Of a stretch of 64,000 nt of DNA, positions 40,001 to 53,800 are shown piece after piece. The stretch comes from Auanema rhodensis. Taxonomy: Eukaryota > Animalia > Nematoda. Where the stretch lies: the NCBI GenBank assembly GCA_964057225.1, contig CAXKVF010000075.1, forward strand, positions 558,001 to 622,000, in the 5' to 3' direction. How positions within the stretch are numbered: the first letter of the stretch is position 1; every line of letters begins with the position of its first letter. The notes beneath the pieces are model-generated. The model did no database searches. It saw only the letters and a program-made list of their open reading frames with translations, and had not been told where the DNA came from. Made by a program: the position numbers and the translations under genes.

Positions 40001-43000
40001 TGATGTGCACTTGGTATGTAACTCGCTTCACGTGAAAGATGAAGAGATGCGGTTTTCAAAATTAGATTCCCCATGTCCATATTAGTCTAAAAACAAATTT
40101 TTATTGATATTGGTGCATGGTAACCATGACTTTGAAATTTACGTTAACTTTAATTTATGCTAATTAAATGTACACGTGATGTGCACTTGGTATGTAACTC
40201 GCTTCACGTGAAAGATAAAGAGATGCGGTTTTCAAAATTGGATTCCCCATGTCCATATTAGTCTAAAAACAAATTTTTATTGATATTGGTGCATGGTAAC
40301 CATGACTTTGAAATTTACGTGAACTTTAATTTATGCTAATTAAATGTACACGTGATGTGCACTTGGTATGTAACTCGCTTCACGTGAAAGATAAAGAGAT
40401 GCGGTTTTCAAAATTAGATTCCCCATGTCCATATTAGTCTAAAAACAAATTTTTATTGATATTGGTTCATGGTAACCATGACTTTGAAATTTACGTGAAC
40501 TTTAATTTATGCTAATTAAATGTACACGTGATGTGCACTTGGTATGTAACTCGCTTCACGTGAAAGATAAAGAGATGCGGTTTTCAAAATTAGATTCCCC
40601 ATGTCCATATTAGTCTAAAAACAAATTTTTATTGATATTGGTGCATGGTAACCATGACTTTGAAATTTACGTGAACTTTAATTTATGCTAATTAAATGTA
40701 CACGTGATGTGCACTTGGTATGTAACTCGCTTCACGTGAAAGATAAAGAGATGCGGTTTTCAAAATTAGATTCCTCATGTCCATATTAGTCTAAAAACAA
40801 ATTTTTATTGATATTGGTTCATGGTAACCATGACTTTGAAATTTACGTGAACTTTAATTTATGCTAATTAAATGTACACGTGATGTGCACTTGGTATGTA
40901 ACTCGCTTCACGTGAAAGATAAAGAGATGCGGTTTTCAAAATTAGATTCCCCATGTCCATATTAGTCTAAAAACGAATTTTTATTGATATTGGTGCATGG
41001 TAACCATGACTTTGAAATTTACGTGAACTTTAATTTATGCTAATTAAATGTACACGTGATGTGCACTTGGTATGTAACTCGCTTCACGTGAAAGATAAAG
41101 AGATGCGGTTTTCAAAATTAGATTCCCCATGTCCATATTAGTCTAAAAACAAATTTTTATTGATATTGGTGCATGGTAACCATGACTTTGAAATTTACGT
41201 GAACTTTAATTTATGCTAATTAAATGTACACGTGATGTGCACTTGGTATGTAACTCGCTTCACGTGAAAGATGAAGAGATGCGGTTTTCAAAATTAGATT
41301 CCCCATGTCCATATTAGTCTAAAAACAAATTTTTATTGATATTGGTGCATGGTAACCATGACTTTGAAATTTACGTGAACTTTAATTTATGCTAATTAAA
41401 TGTACACGTGATGTGCACTTGGTATGTAACTCGCTTCACGTGAAAGATGAAGAGATGCGGTTTTCAAAATTAGATTCCCCATGTCCATATTAGTCTAAAA
41501 ACAAATTTTTATTGATATTGGTGCATGGTAACCATGACTTTGAAATTTACGTTAACTTTAATTTATGCTAATTAAATGTACACGTGATGTGCACTTGGTA
41601 TGTAACTCGCTTCACGTGAAAGATAAAGAGATGCGGTTTTCAAAATTGGATTCCCCATGTCCATATTAGTCTAAAAACAAATTTTTATTGATATTGGTGC
41701 ATGGTAACCATGACTTTGAAATTTACGTGAACTTTAATTTATGCTAATTAAATGTACACGTGATGTGCACTTGGTATGTAACTCGCTTCACGTGAAAGAT
41801 AAAGAGATGCGGTTTTCAAAATTAGATTCCCCATGTCCATATTAGTCTAAAAACAAATTTTTATTGATATTGGTTCATGGTAACCATGACTTTGAAATTT
41901 ACGTGAACTTTAATTTATGCTAATTAAATGTACACGTGATGTGCACTTGGTATGTAACTCGCTTCACGTGAAAGATAAAGAGATGCGGTTTTCAAAATTA
42001 GATTCCCCATGTCCATATTAGTCTAAAAACAAATTTTTATTGATATTGGTGCATGGTAACCATGACTTTGAAATTTACGTGAACTTTAATTTATGCTAAT
42101 TAAATGTACACGTGATGTGCACTTGGTATGTAACTCGCTTCACGTGAAAGATAAAGAGATGCGGTTTTCAAAATTAGATTCCCCATGTCCATATTAGTCT
42201 AAAAACAAATTTTTATTGATATTGGTTCATGGTAACCATGACTTTGAAATTTACGTGAACTTTAATTTATGCTAATTAAATGTACACGTGATGTGCACTT
42301 GGTATGTAACTCGCTTCACGTGAAAGATAAAGAGATGCGGTTTTCAAAATTAGATTCCCCATGTCCATATTAGTCTAAAAACGAATTTTTATTGATATTG
42401 GTGCATGGTAACCATGACTTTGAAATTTACGTGAACTTTAATTTATGCTAATTAAATGTACACGTGATGTGCACTTGGTATGTAACTCGCTTCACGTGAA
42501 AGATAAAAAGATGCGGTTTTCAAAATTAGATTCCCCATGTCCATATTAGTCTAAAAACAAATTTTTATTGATATTGGTGCATGGTAACCATGACTTTGAA
42601 ATTTACGTGAACTTTAATTTATGCTAATTAAATGTACACGTGATGTGCACTTGGTATGTAACTCGCTTCACGTGAAAGATGAAGAGATGCGGTTTTCAAA
42701 ATTAGATTCCCCATGTCCATATTAGTCTAAAAACAAATTTTTATTGATATTGGTGCATGGTAACCATGACTTTGAAATTTACGTGAACTTTAATTTATGC
42801 TAATTAAATGTACACGTGATGTGCACTTGGTATGTAACTCGCTTCACGTGAAAGATGAAGAGATGCGGTTTTCAAAATTAGATTCCCCATGTCCATATTA
42901 GTCTAAAAACAAATTTTTATTGATATTGGTGCATGGTAACCATGACTTTGAAATTTACGTGAACTTTAATTTATGCTAATTAAATGTACACGTGATGTGC

Positions 43001-46000
43001 ACTTGGTATGTAACTCGCTTCACGTGAAAGATAAAGAGATGCGGTTTTCAAAATTAGATTCCCCATGTCCATATTAGTCTAAAAACGAATTTTTATTGAT
43101 ATTGGTGCATGGTAACCATGACTTTGAAATTTACGTGAACTTTAATTTATGCTAATTAAATGTACACGTGATGTGCACTTGGTATGTAACTCGCTTCACG
43201 TGAAAGATAAAGAGATGCGGTTTTCAAAATTAGATTCCCCATGTCCATATTAGTCTAAAAACAAATTTTTATTGATATTGGTGCATGGTAACCATGACTT
43301 TGAAATTTACGTGAACTTTAATTTATGCTAATTAAATGTACACGTGATGTGCACTTGGTATGTAACTCGCTTCACGTGAAAGATGAAGAGATGCGGTTTT
43401 CAAAATTAGATTCCCCATGTCCATATTAGTCTAAAAACAAATTTTTATTGATATTGGTGCATGGTAACCATGACTTTGAAATTTACGTGAACTTTAATTT
43501 ATGCTAATTAAATGTACACGTGATGTGCACTTGGTATGTAACTCGCTTCACGTGAAAGATGAAGAGATGCGGTTTTCAAAATTAGATTCCCCATGTCCAT
43601 ATTAGTCTAAAAACAAATTTTTATTGATATTGGTGCATGGTAACCATGACTTTGAAATTTACGTGAACTTTAATTTATGCTAATTAAATGTACACCTGAT
43701 GTGCACTTGGTATGTAACTCGCTTCACGTGAAAGATGAAGAGATGCGGTTTTCAAAATTAGATTCCCCATGTCCATATTAGTCTAAAAACAAATTTTTAT
43801 TGATATTGGTGCATGGTAACCATGACTTTGAAATTTACGTGAACTTTAATTTATGCTAATTAAATGTACACGTGATGTGCACTTGGTATGTAACTCGCTT
43901 CACGTGAAAGATGAAGAGATGCGGTTTTCAAAATTAGATTCCCCATGTCCATATTAGTCTAAAAACAAATTTTTATTGATATTGGTGCATGGTAACCATG
44001 ACTTTGAAATTTACGTGAACTTTAATTTATGCTAATTAAATGTACACGTGATGTGCACTTGGTATGTAACTCGCTTCACGTGAAAGATAAAGAGATGCGG
44101 TTTTCAAAATTAGATTCCCCATGTCCATATTAGTCTAAAAACAAATTTTTATTGATATTGGTGCATGGTAACCATGACTTTGAAATTTACGTGAACTTTA
44201 ATTTATGCTAATTAAATGTACACGTGATGTGCACTTGGTATGTAACTCGCTTCACGTGAAAGATGAAGAGATGCGGTTTTCAAAATTAGATTCCCCATGT
44301 CCATATTAGTCTAAAAACAAATTTTTATTGATATTGGTGCATGGTAACCATGACTTTGAAATTTACGTGAACTTTAATTTATGCTAATTAAATGTACACG
44401 TGATGTGCACTTGGTATGTAACTCGCTTCACGTGAAAGATGAAGAGATGCGGTTTTCAAAATTAGATTCCCCATGTCCATATTAGTCTAAAAACAAATTT
44501 TTATTGATATTGGTGCATGGTAACCATGACTTTGAAATTTACGTGAACTTTAATTTATGCTAATTAAATGTACACGTGATGTGCACTTGGTATGTAACTC
44601 GCTTCACGTGAAAGATAAAGAGATGCGGTTTTCAAAATTAGATTCCCCATGTCCATATTAGTCTAAAAACAAATTTTTATTGATATTGGTGCATGGTAAC
44701 CATGACTTTGAAATTTACGTGAACTTTAATTTATGCTAATTAAATGTACACGTGATGTGCACTTGGTATGTAACTCGCTTCACGTGAAAGATAAAGAGAT
44801 GGGGTTTTCAAAATTAGGTTCCCCATGTCCATATTAGTCTAAAAACAAATTTTTATTGATATTGGTTCATGGTAACCATGACTTTGAAATTTACGTGAAT
44901 TTTAATTTATGCTAATTAAATGTACACGTGATGTGCACTTGGTATGTAACTCGCTTCACGTGAAAGATAAAGAGATGCGGTTTTCAAAATTAGATTCCCC
45001 ATGTCCATATTAGTCTAAAAACAAATTTTTATTGATATTGCTTCATGGTAACCATGACTTTGAAATTTACGTGAACTTTAATTTATGCTAATTAAATGTA
45101 TACGTGATGTGTACTTGGTATGTAACTCGCTTCACGTGAAAGATAAAGAGATGCGGTTTTCAAAATTAGATTCCCCATGTCCATATTAGTCTAAAAACAA
45201 TTTTTTATTGATATTGGTTCATGGTAACCATGACTTTGAAATTTACGTGAACTTTAATTTATGCTTATTAAATGTACACGTGATGTGCACTTGGTATGTA
45301 ACTCGCTTCACGTGAAAGATAAAGAGATGCGGTTTTCAAAATTAGATTCCCCATGTCCATATTAGTCTAAAAACAAATTTTTATCGATATTGCTTCATGG
45401 TAACCATGACTTTGAAATTTACGTGAACTTTAATTTATGCTAATTAAATGTACACGTGATGTGCACTTGGTATGTAACTCGCTTCACGTGAAAGATAAAG
45501 AGATGCGGTTTTCAAAATTAGATTCCCCATGTCCATATTAGTCTAAAAACAAATTTTTATTGATATTGGTGCATGGTAACCATGACTTTGAAATTTACGT
45601 GAACTTTAATTTATGCTAATTAAATGTACACGTGATGTGCACTTGGTATGTAACTTGCTTCACGTGAAAGATAAAGTGATGCGGTTTTCAAAATTAGATT
45701 CCCCATGTCCATATTAGTCTAAAAACAAATTTTTATTGATATTGGTTCATGGTAACCATGACTTTGAAATTTACGTGAACTTTAATTTATGCTAATTAAA
45801 TGTACACGTGATGTGCACTTGGTATGTAACTCGCTTCACGTGAAAGATAAAGAGATGCGGTTTTCAAAATTTGATTCCCCATGTCCATATTAGTCTAAAA
45901 ACAAATTTTTATTGATATTGGTTCATGGTAACCATGACTTTGAAATTTACGTGAACTTTAATTTATGCTAATTAAATGTACACGTGATGTGCACTTGGTA

Positions 46001-49000
46001 TGTAACTCGCTTCACGTGAAAGATAAAGAGATGCGGTTTTCAAAATTAGATTCCCCATGTCCATATTAGTCTAAAAACAAATTTTTATTGATATTGGTGC
46101 ATGGTAACCATGACTTTGAAATTTACGTGAACTTTAATTTATGCTAATTAAATGTACACGTGATGTGCACTTGGTATGTAACTAGCTTCACGTGAAAGAT
46201 AAAGAGATGCGGTTTTCAAAATTAGATTCCCCATGTACATATTAGTCTAAAAACAAATTTTTATTGATATTGGTTCATGGTAACCATGACTTTGAAATTT
46301 ACGTGAACTTTAATTTATGCTAATTAAATGTACACGTGATGTGCACTTGGTATGTAACTCGCTTCACGTGAAAGATAAAGAGATGCGGTTTTCAAAATTA
46401 GATTCCCCATGTCCATATTAGTCTAAAAACAAATTTTTATTGATATTGGTGCATGGTAACCATGACTTTGAAATTTACGTGAACTTTAATTTATGCTAAT
46501 TAAATGTACACGTGATGTGCACTTGGTATGTAACTCGCTTCACGTGAAAGATAAAGAGATGCGGTTTTCAAAATTAGATTCCCCATGTCCATTTCAGTCT
46601 AAAAACAAATTTTTATTGATATTGGTGCATGGTAACCATGACTTTGAAATTTACGTGAACTTTAATTTATGCTAATTAAATGTACACGTGATGTGCACTT
46701 GGTATGTAACTCGCTTCACGTGAAAGATAAAGAGATGCGGTTTTCAAAATTAGATTCCCCATGTCCATATTAGTCTAAAAACAAATTTTTATTGATATTG
46801 CTTCATGGTAACCATGACTTTGAAATTTACGTGAACTTTAATTTATGCTAATTAAATGTATACGTGATGTGTACTTGGTATGTAACTCGCTTCACGTGAA
46901 AGATAAAGAGATGCGGTTTTCAAAATTAGATTCCCCATGTCCATATTAGTCTAAAAACAATTTTTTATTGATATTGGTTCATGGTAACCATGACTTTGAA
47001 ATTTACGTGAACTTTAATTTATGCTTATTAAATGTACACGTGATGTGCAGTTGGTATGTAACTCGCTTCACGTGAAAGATAAAGAGATGCGGTTTTCAAA
47101 ATTAGATTCCCCATGTCCATATTAGTCTAAAAACAAATTTTTATCGATATTGCTTCATGGTAACCATGACTTTGAAATTTACGTGAACTTTAATTTATGC
47201 TAATTAAATGTACACGTGATGTGCACTTGGTATGTAACTCGCTTCACGTGAAAGATAAAGAGATGCGGTTTTCAAAATTAGATTCCCCATGTCCATATTA
47301 GTCTAAAAACAAATTTTTATTGATATTGGTGCATGGTAACCATGACTTTGAAATTTACGTGAACTTTAATTTATGCTAATTAAATGTACACGTGATGTGC
47401 ACTTGGTATGTAACTTGCTTCACGTGAAAGATAAAGTGATGCGGTTTTCAAAATTAGATTCCCCATGTCCATATTAGTCTAAAAACAAATTTTTATTGAT
47501 ATTGGTTCATGGTAACCATGACTTTGAAATTTACGTGAACTTTAATTTATGCTAATTAAATGTACACGTGATGTGCACTTGGTATGTAACTCGCTTCACG
47601 TGAAAGATAAAGAGATGCGGTTTTCAAAATTTGATTCCCCATGTCCATATTAGTCTAAAAACAAATTTTTATTGATATTGGTTCATGGTAACCATGACTT
47701 TGAAATTTACGTGAACTTTAATTTATGCTAATTAAATGTACACGTGATGTGCACTTGGTATGTAACTCGCTTCACGTGAAAGATAAAGAGATGCGGTTTT
47801 CAAAATTAGATTCCCCATGTCCATATTAGTCTAAAAACAAATTTTTATTGATATTGGTGCATGGTAACCATGACTTTGAAATTTACGTGAACTTTAATTT
47901 ATGCTAATTAAATGTACACGTGATGTGCACTTGGTATGTAACTAGCTTCACGTGAAAGATAAAGAGATGCGGTTTTCAAAATTAGATTCCCCATGTACAT
48001 ATTAGTCTAAAAACAAATTTTTATTGATATTGGTTCATGGTAACCATGACTTTGAAATTTACGTGAACTTTAATTTATGCTAATTAAATGTACACGTGAT
48101 GTGCACTTGGTATGTAACTCGCTTCACGTGAAAGATAAAGAGATGCGGTTTTCAACATTAGATTCCCCATGTCCATATTAGTCTAAAAACAAATTTTTAT
48201 TGATATTGGTGCATGGTAACCATTACTTTGAAATTTACGTGAACTTTAATTTATGCTAATTAAATGTACACGTGATGTGCACTTGGTATGTTACTCGCTT
48301 CACGTGAAAGATAAAGAGATGCGGTTTTCAAAATTAGATTCCCCATGTCCATATTAGTCTAAAAACAAATTTTTATTGATATTGGTGCATGGTAACCATG
48401 ACTTTGAAATTTACGTGAACTTTAATTTATGCTAATTAAATGTACACGTGATGTGCACTTGGTATGTAACTCGCTTCACGTGAAAGATAAAGAGATGCGG
48501 TTTTCAAAATTAGATTCCCCATGTACATATTAGTCTAAAAACAAATTTTTATTGATATTGGTTCATGGTAACCATGACTTTGAAATTTACGTGAACTTTA
48601 ATTTATGCTAATTAAATGTACACGTGATGTGCACTTGGTATGTAACTCGCTTCACGTGAAAGATAAAGAGATGCGGTTTTCAACATTAGATTCCCCATGT
48701 CCATATTAGTCTAAAAACAAATTTTTATTGATATTGGTGCATGGTAACCATTACTTTGAAATTTACGTGAACTTTAATTTATGCTAATTAAATGTACACG
48801 TGATGTGCACTTGGTATGTTACTCGCTTCACGTGAAAGATAAAGAGATGCGGTTTTCAAAATTAGATTCCCCATGTCCATATTAGTCTAAAAACAAATTT
48901 TTATTGATATTGGTGCATGGTAACCATGACTTTGAAATTTACGTGAACTTTAATTTATGCTAATTAAATGTACACGTGATGTGCACTTGGTATGTAACTC

Positions 49001-50858
49001 GCTTCACGTGAAAGATAAAGAGATGCGGTTTTCAAAATTAGATTCCCCATGTCCATTTCAGTCTAAAAACAAATTTTTATTGATATTGGTGCATGGTAAC
49101 CATGACTTTGAAATTTACGTGAACTTTAATTTATGCTAATTAAATGTACACGTGATGTGCACTTGGTATGTAACTCGCTTCACGTGAAAGATAAAGAGAT
49201 GCGGTTTTCAAAATTAGATTCCCCATGTCCATATTAGTCTAAAAACAAATTTTTATTGATATTGGTGCATGGTAACCATGACTTTGAAATTTACGTGAAC
49301 TTTAATTTATGCTAATTAAATGTACACGTGATGTGCACTTGGTATGTAACTCGCTTCACGTGAAAGATAAAGAGATGCGGTTTTCAAAATTAGATTCCCC
49401 ATGTCCATTTTAGTCTAAAAACAAATTTTTATTGATATTGGTGCATGGTAACCATGACTTTGAAATTTACGTGAACTTTAAATTATGCTAATTAAATGTA
49501 CACGTGATGTGCACTTGGTATGTAACTCGCTTCACGTGAAAGATAAAAAGATGCGGTTTTCAAAATTAGATTCCCCATGTCCATATTAGTCTTAAAACAA
49601 ATTTTTATTGATATTGGTTCATGGTAACCATGACTTTGAAATTTACGTTAACTTTAATTTATGCTAATTAAATGTACACGTGATGTGCACTTGGTATGTA
49701 ACTCGCTTCACGTGAAAGATAAAGAGATGCGGTTTTCAAAATTAGATTCCCCATGTCCATATTAGTCTAAAAACAAATTTTTATTGATATTGGTGCATGG
49801 TAACCATGACTTTGAAATTTACGTGAACTTTAATTTATGCTAATTAAATGTACACGTGATGTGCACTTGGTATGTAACTAGCTTCACGTGAAAGATAAAG
49901 AGATGCGGTTTTCAAAATTAGATTCCCCATGTACATATTAGTCTAAAAACAAATTTTTATTGATATTGGTTCATGGTAACCATGACTTTGAAATTTACGT
50001 GAACTTTAATTTATGCTAATTAAATGTACACGTGATGTGCACTTGGTATGTAACTCGCTTCACGTGAAAGATAAAGAGATGCGGTTTTCAACATTAGATT
50101 CCCCATGTCCATATTAGTCTAAAAACAAATTTTTATTGATATTGGTGCATGGTAACCATTACTTTGAAATTTACGTGAACTTTAATTTATGCTAATTAAA
50201 TGTACACGTGATGTGCACTTGGTATGTAACTCGCTTCACGTGAAAGATAAAGAGATGCGGTTTTCAAAATTAGATTCCCCATGTCCATATTAGTCTAAAA
50301 ACAAATTTTTATTGATATTGGTGCATGGTAACCATGACTTTGAAATTTACGTGAACTTTAATTTATGCTAATTAAATGTACACGTGATGTGCACTTGGTA
50401 TGTAACTCGCTTCACGTGAAAGATAAAGAGATGCGGTTTTCAAAATTGGATTCCCCATGTCCATATTAGTCTAAAAACAAATTTTTATTGATATTGGTGC
50501 ATGGTAACCATGACTTTGAAATTTACGTGAACTTTAATTTATGCTAATTAAATGTACACGTGATGTGCACTTGGTATGTAACTCGCTTCACGTGAAAGAT
50601 AAAGAGATGCGGTTTTCAAAATTAGATTCCCCATGTCCATATTAGTCTAAAAACAAATTTTTATTGATATTGGTTCATGGTAACCATGACTTTGAAAATT
50701 ACGTGAACTTTAATTTATGCTAATTAAATGTACACGTGATGTGCACTTGGTATGTAACTCGCTTCACGTGAAAGATAAAGAGATGCGGTTTTCAAAATTA
50801 GATTCCCCATGTCCATATTAGTCTAAAAACAAATTTTTATTGATATTGGTGCATGGTA

Positions 50859-53800
50859 ACCATGACTTTGAAATTTACGTGAACTTTAATTTATGCTAAT
50901 TAAATGTACACGTGATGTGCACTTGGTATGTAACTCGCTTCACGTGAAAGATAAAGAGATGCGGTTTTCAAAATTAGATTCCCCATGTCCATATTAGTCT
51001 AAAAACAAATTTTTATTGATATTGGTTCATGGTAACCATGACTTTGAAATTTACGTGAACTTTAATTTATGCTAATTAAATGTACACGTGATGTGCACTT
51101 GGTATGTAACTCGCTTCACGTGAAAGATAAAGAGATGCGGTTTTCAAAATTAGGTTCCCCATGTCCATATTAGTCTAAAAACAAATTTTTATTGATATTG
51201 GTTCATGGTAACCATGACTTTGAAATTTACGTGAACTTTAATTTATGCTAATTAAATGTACACGTGATGTGCACTTGGTATGTAACTCGCTTCACGTGAA
51301 AGATAAAGAGATGCGGTTTTCAAAATTAGATTCCCCATGTCCATATTAGTCTAAAAACAAATTTTTATTGATATTGGTGCATGGTAACCATGACTTTGAA
51401 ATTTACGTGAACTTTAATTTATGCTAATTAAATGTACACGTGATGTGCACTTGGTATGTAACTCGCTTCACGTGAAAGATAAAGAGATGCGGTTTTCAAA
51501 ATTAGATTCCCCATGTCCATATTAGTCTAAAAACAAATTTTTATTGATATTGGTGCATGGTAACCATGACTTTGAAATTTACGTGAACTTTAATTTATGC
51601 TAATTAAATGTACACGTGATGTGCACTTGGTATGTAACTCGCTTCACGTGAAAGATGAAGAGATGCGGTTTTCAAAATTAGATTCCCCATGTCCATATTA
51701 GTCTAAAAACAAATTTTTATTGATATTGGTGCATGGTAACCATGACTTTGAAATTTACGTGAACTTTAATTTATGCTAATTAAATGTACACGTGATGTGC
51801 ACTTGGTATGTAACTCGCTTCACGTGAAAGATAAAGAGATGCGGTTTTCAAAATTAGATTCCCCATGTCCATTTCAGTCTAAAAACAAATTTTTATTGAT
51901 ATTGGTGCATGGTAACCATGACTTTGAAATTTACGTGAACTTTAATTTATGCTAATTAAATGTACACGTGATGTGCACTTGGTATGTAACTCGCTTCACG
52001 TGAAAGATAAAGAGATGCGGTTTTCAAAATTAGATTCTCCATGTCCATATTAGTCTAAAAACAAATTTTTATTGATATTGGTGCATGGTAACCATGACTT
52101 TGAAATTTACGTGAACTTTAATTTATGCTAATTAAATGTACACGTGATGTTCACTTGGTATGTAACTCGCTTCACGTGAAAGATAAAGAGATGCGGTTTT
52201 CAAAATTAGATTCCCCATGTCCATTTTAGTCTAAAAACAAATTTTTATTGATATTGGTGCATGGTAACCATGACTTTGAAATTTACGTGAACTTTAAATT
52301 ATGCTAATTAAATGTACACGTGATGTGCACTTGGTATGTAACTCGCTTCACGTGAAAGATAAAAAGATGCGGTTTTCAAAATTAGATTCCCCATGTCCAT
52401 ATTAGTCTTAAAACAAATTTTTATTGATATTGGTTCATGGTAACCATGACTTTGAAATTTACGTTAACTTTAATTTATGCTAATTAAATGTACACGTGAT
52501 GTGCACTTGGTATGTAACTCGCTTCACGTGAAAGATAAAGAGATGCGGTTTTCAAAATTGGATTCCCCATGTCCATATTAGTCTAAAAACAAATTTTTAT
52601 TGATATTGGTGCATGGTAACCATGACTTTGAAATTTACGTGAACTTTAATTTATGCTAATTAAATGTACACGTGATGTGCACTTGGTATGTAACTCGCTT
52701 CACGTGAAAGATAAAGAGATGCGGTTTTCAAAATTAGATTCCCCATGTCCATATTAGTCTAAAAACAAATTTTTATTGATATTGGTTCATGGTAACCATG
52801 ACTTTGAAATTTACGTGAACTTTAATTTATGCTAATTAAATGTACACGTGATGTGCACTTGGTATGTAACTCGCTTCACGTGAAAGATAAAGAGATGCGG
52901 TTTTCAAAATTAGGTTCCCCATGTCCATATTAGTCTAAAAACAAATTTTTATTGATATTGGTTCATGGTAACCATGACTTTGAAATTTACGTGAACTTTA
53001 ATTTATGCTAATTAAATGTACACGTGATGTGCACTTGGTATGTAACTCGCTTCACGTGAAAGATAAAGAGATGCGGTTTTCAAAATTGGATTCCCCATGT
53101 CCATATTAGTCTAAAAACAAATTTTTATTGATATTGGTTCATGGTAACCATGACTTTGAAATTTACGTGAACTTTAATTTATGCTAATTAAATGTACACG
53201 TGATGTGCACTTGGTATGTAACTCGCTTCACGTGAAAGATAAAGAGATGCGGTTTTCAAAATTAGATTCCCCATGTCCATATTAGTCTAAAAACAAATTT
53301 TTATTGATATTGGTTCATGGTAACCATGACTTTGAAATTTACGTGAACTTTAATTTATGCTAATTAAATGTACACGTGATGTGCACTTGGTATGTAACTC
53401 GCTTCACGTGAAAGATAAAGAGATGCGGTTTTCAAAATTAGGTTCCCCATGTCCATATTAGTCTAAAAACAAGTTTTTATTGATATTGGTTCATGGTAAC
53501 CATGACTTTGAAATTTACGTGAACTTTAATTTATGCTAATTAAATGTACACGTGATGTGCACTTGGTATGTAACTCGCTTCACGTGAAAGATAAAGAGAT
53601 GCGGTTTTCAAAATTAGATTCCCCATGTCCATATTAGTCTAAAAACAAATTTTTATTGATATTGGTGCATGGTAACCATGACTTTGAAATTTACGTGAAC
53701 TTTAATTTATGCTAATTAAATGTACACGTGATGTGCACTTGGTATGTAACTCGCTTCACGTGAAAGATAAAGAGATGCGGTTTTCAAAATTAGATTCCTC

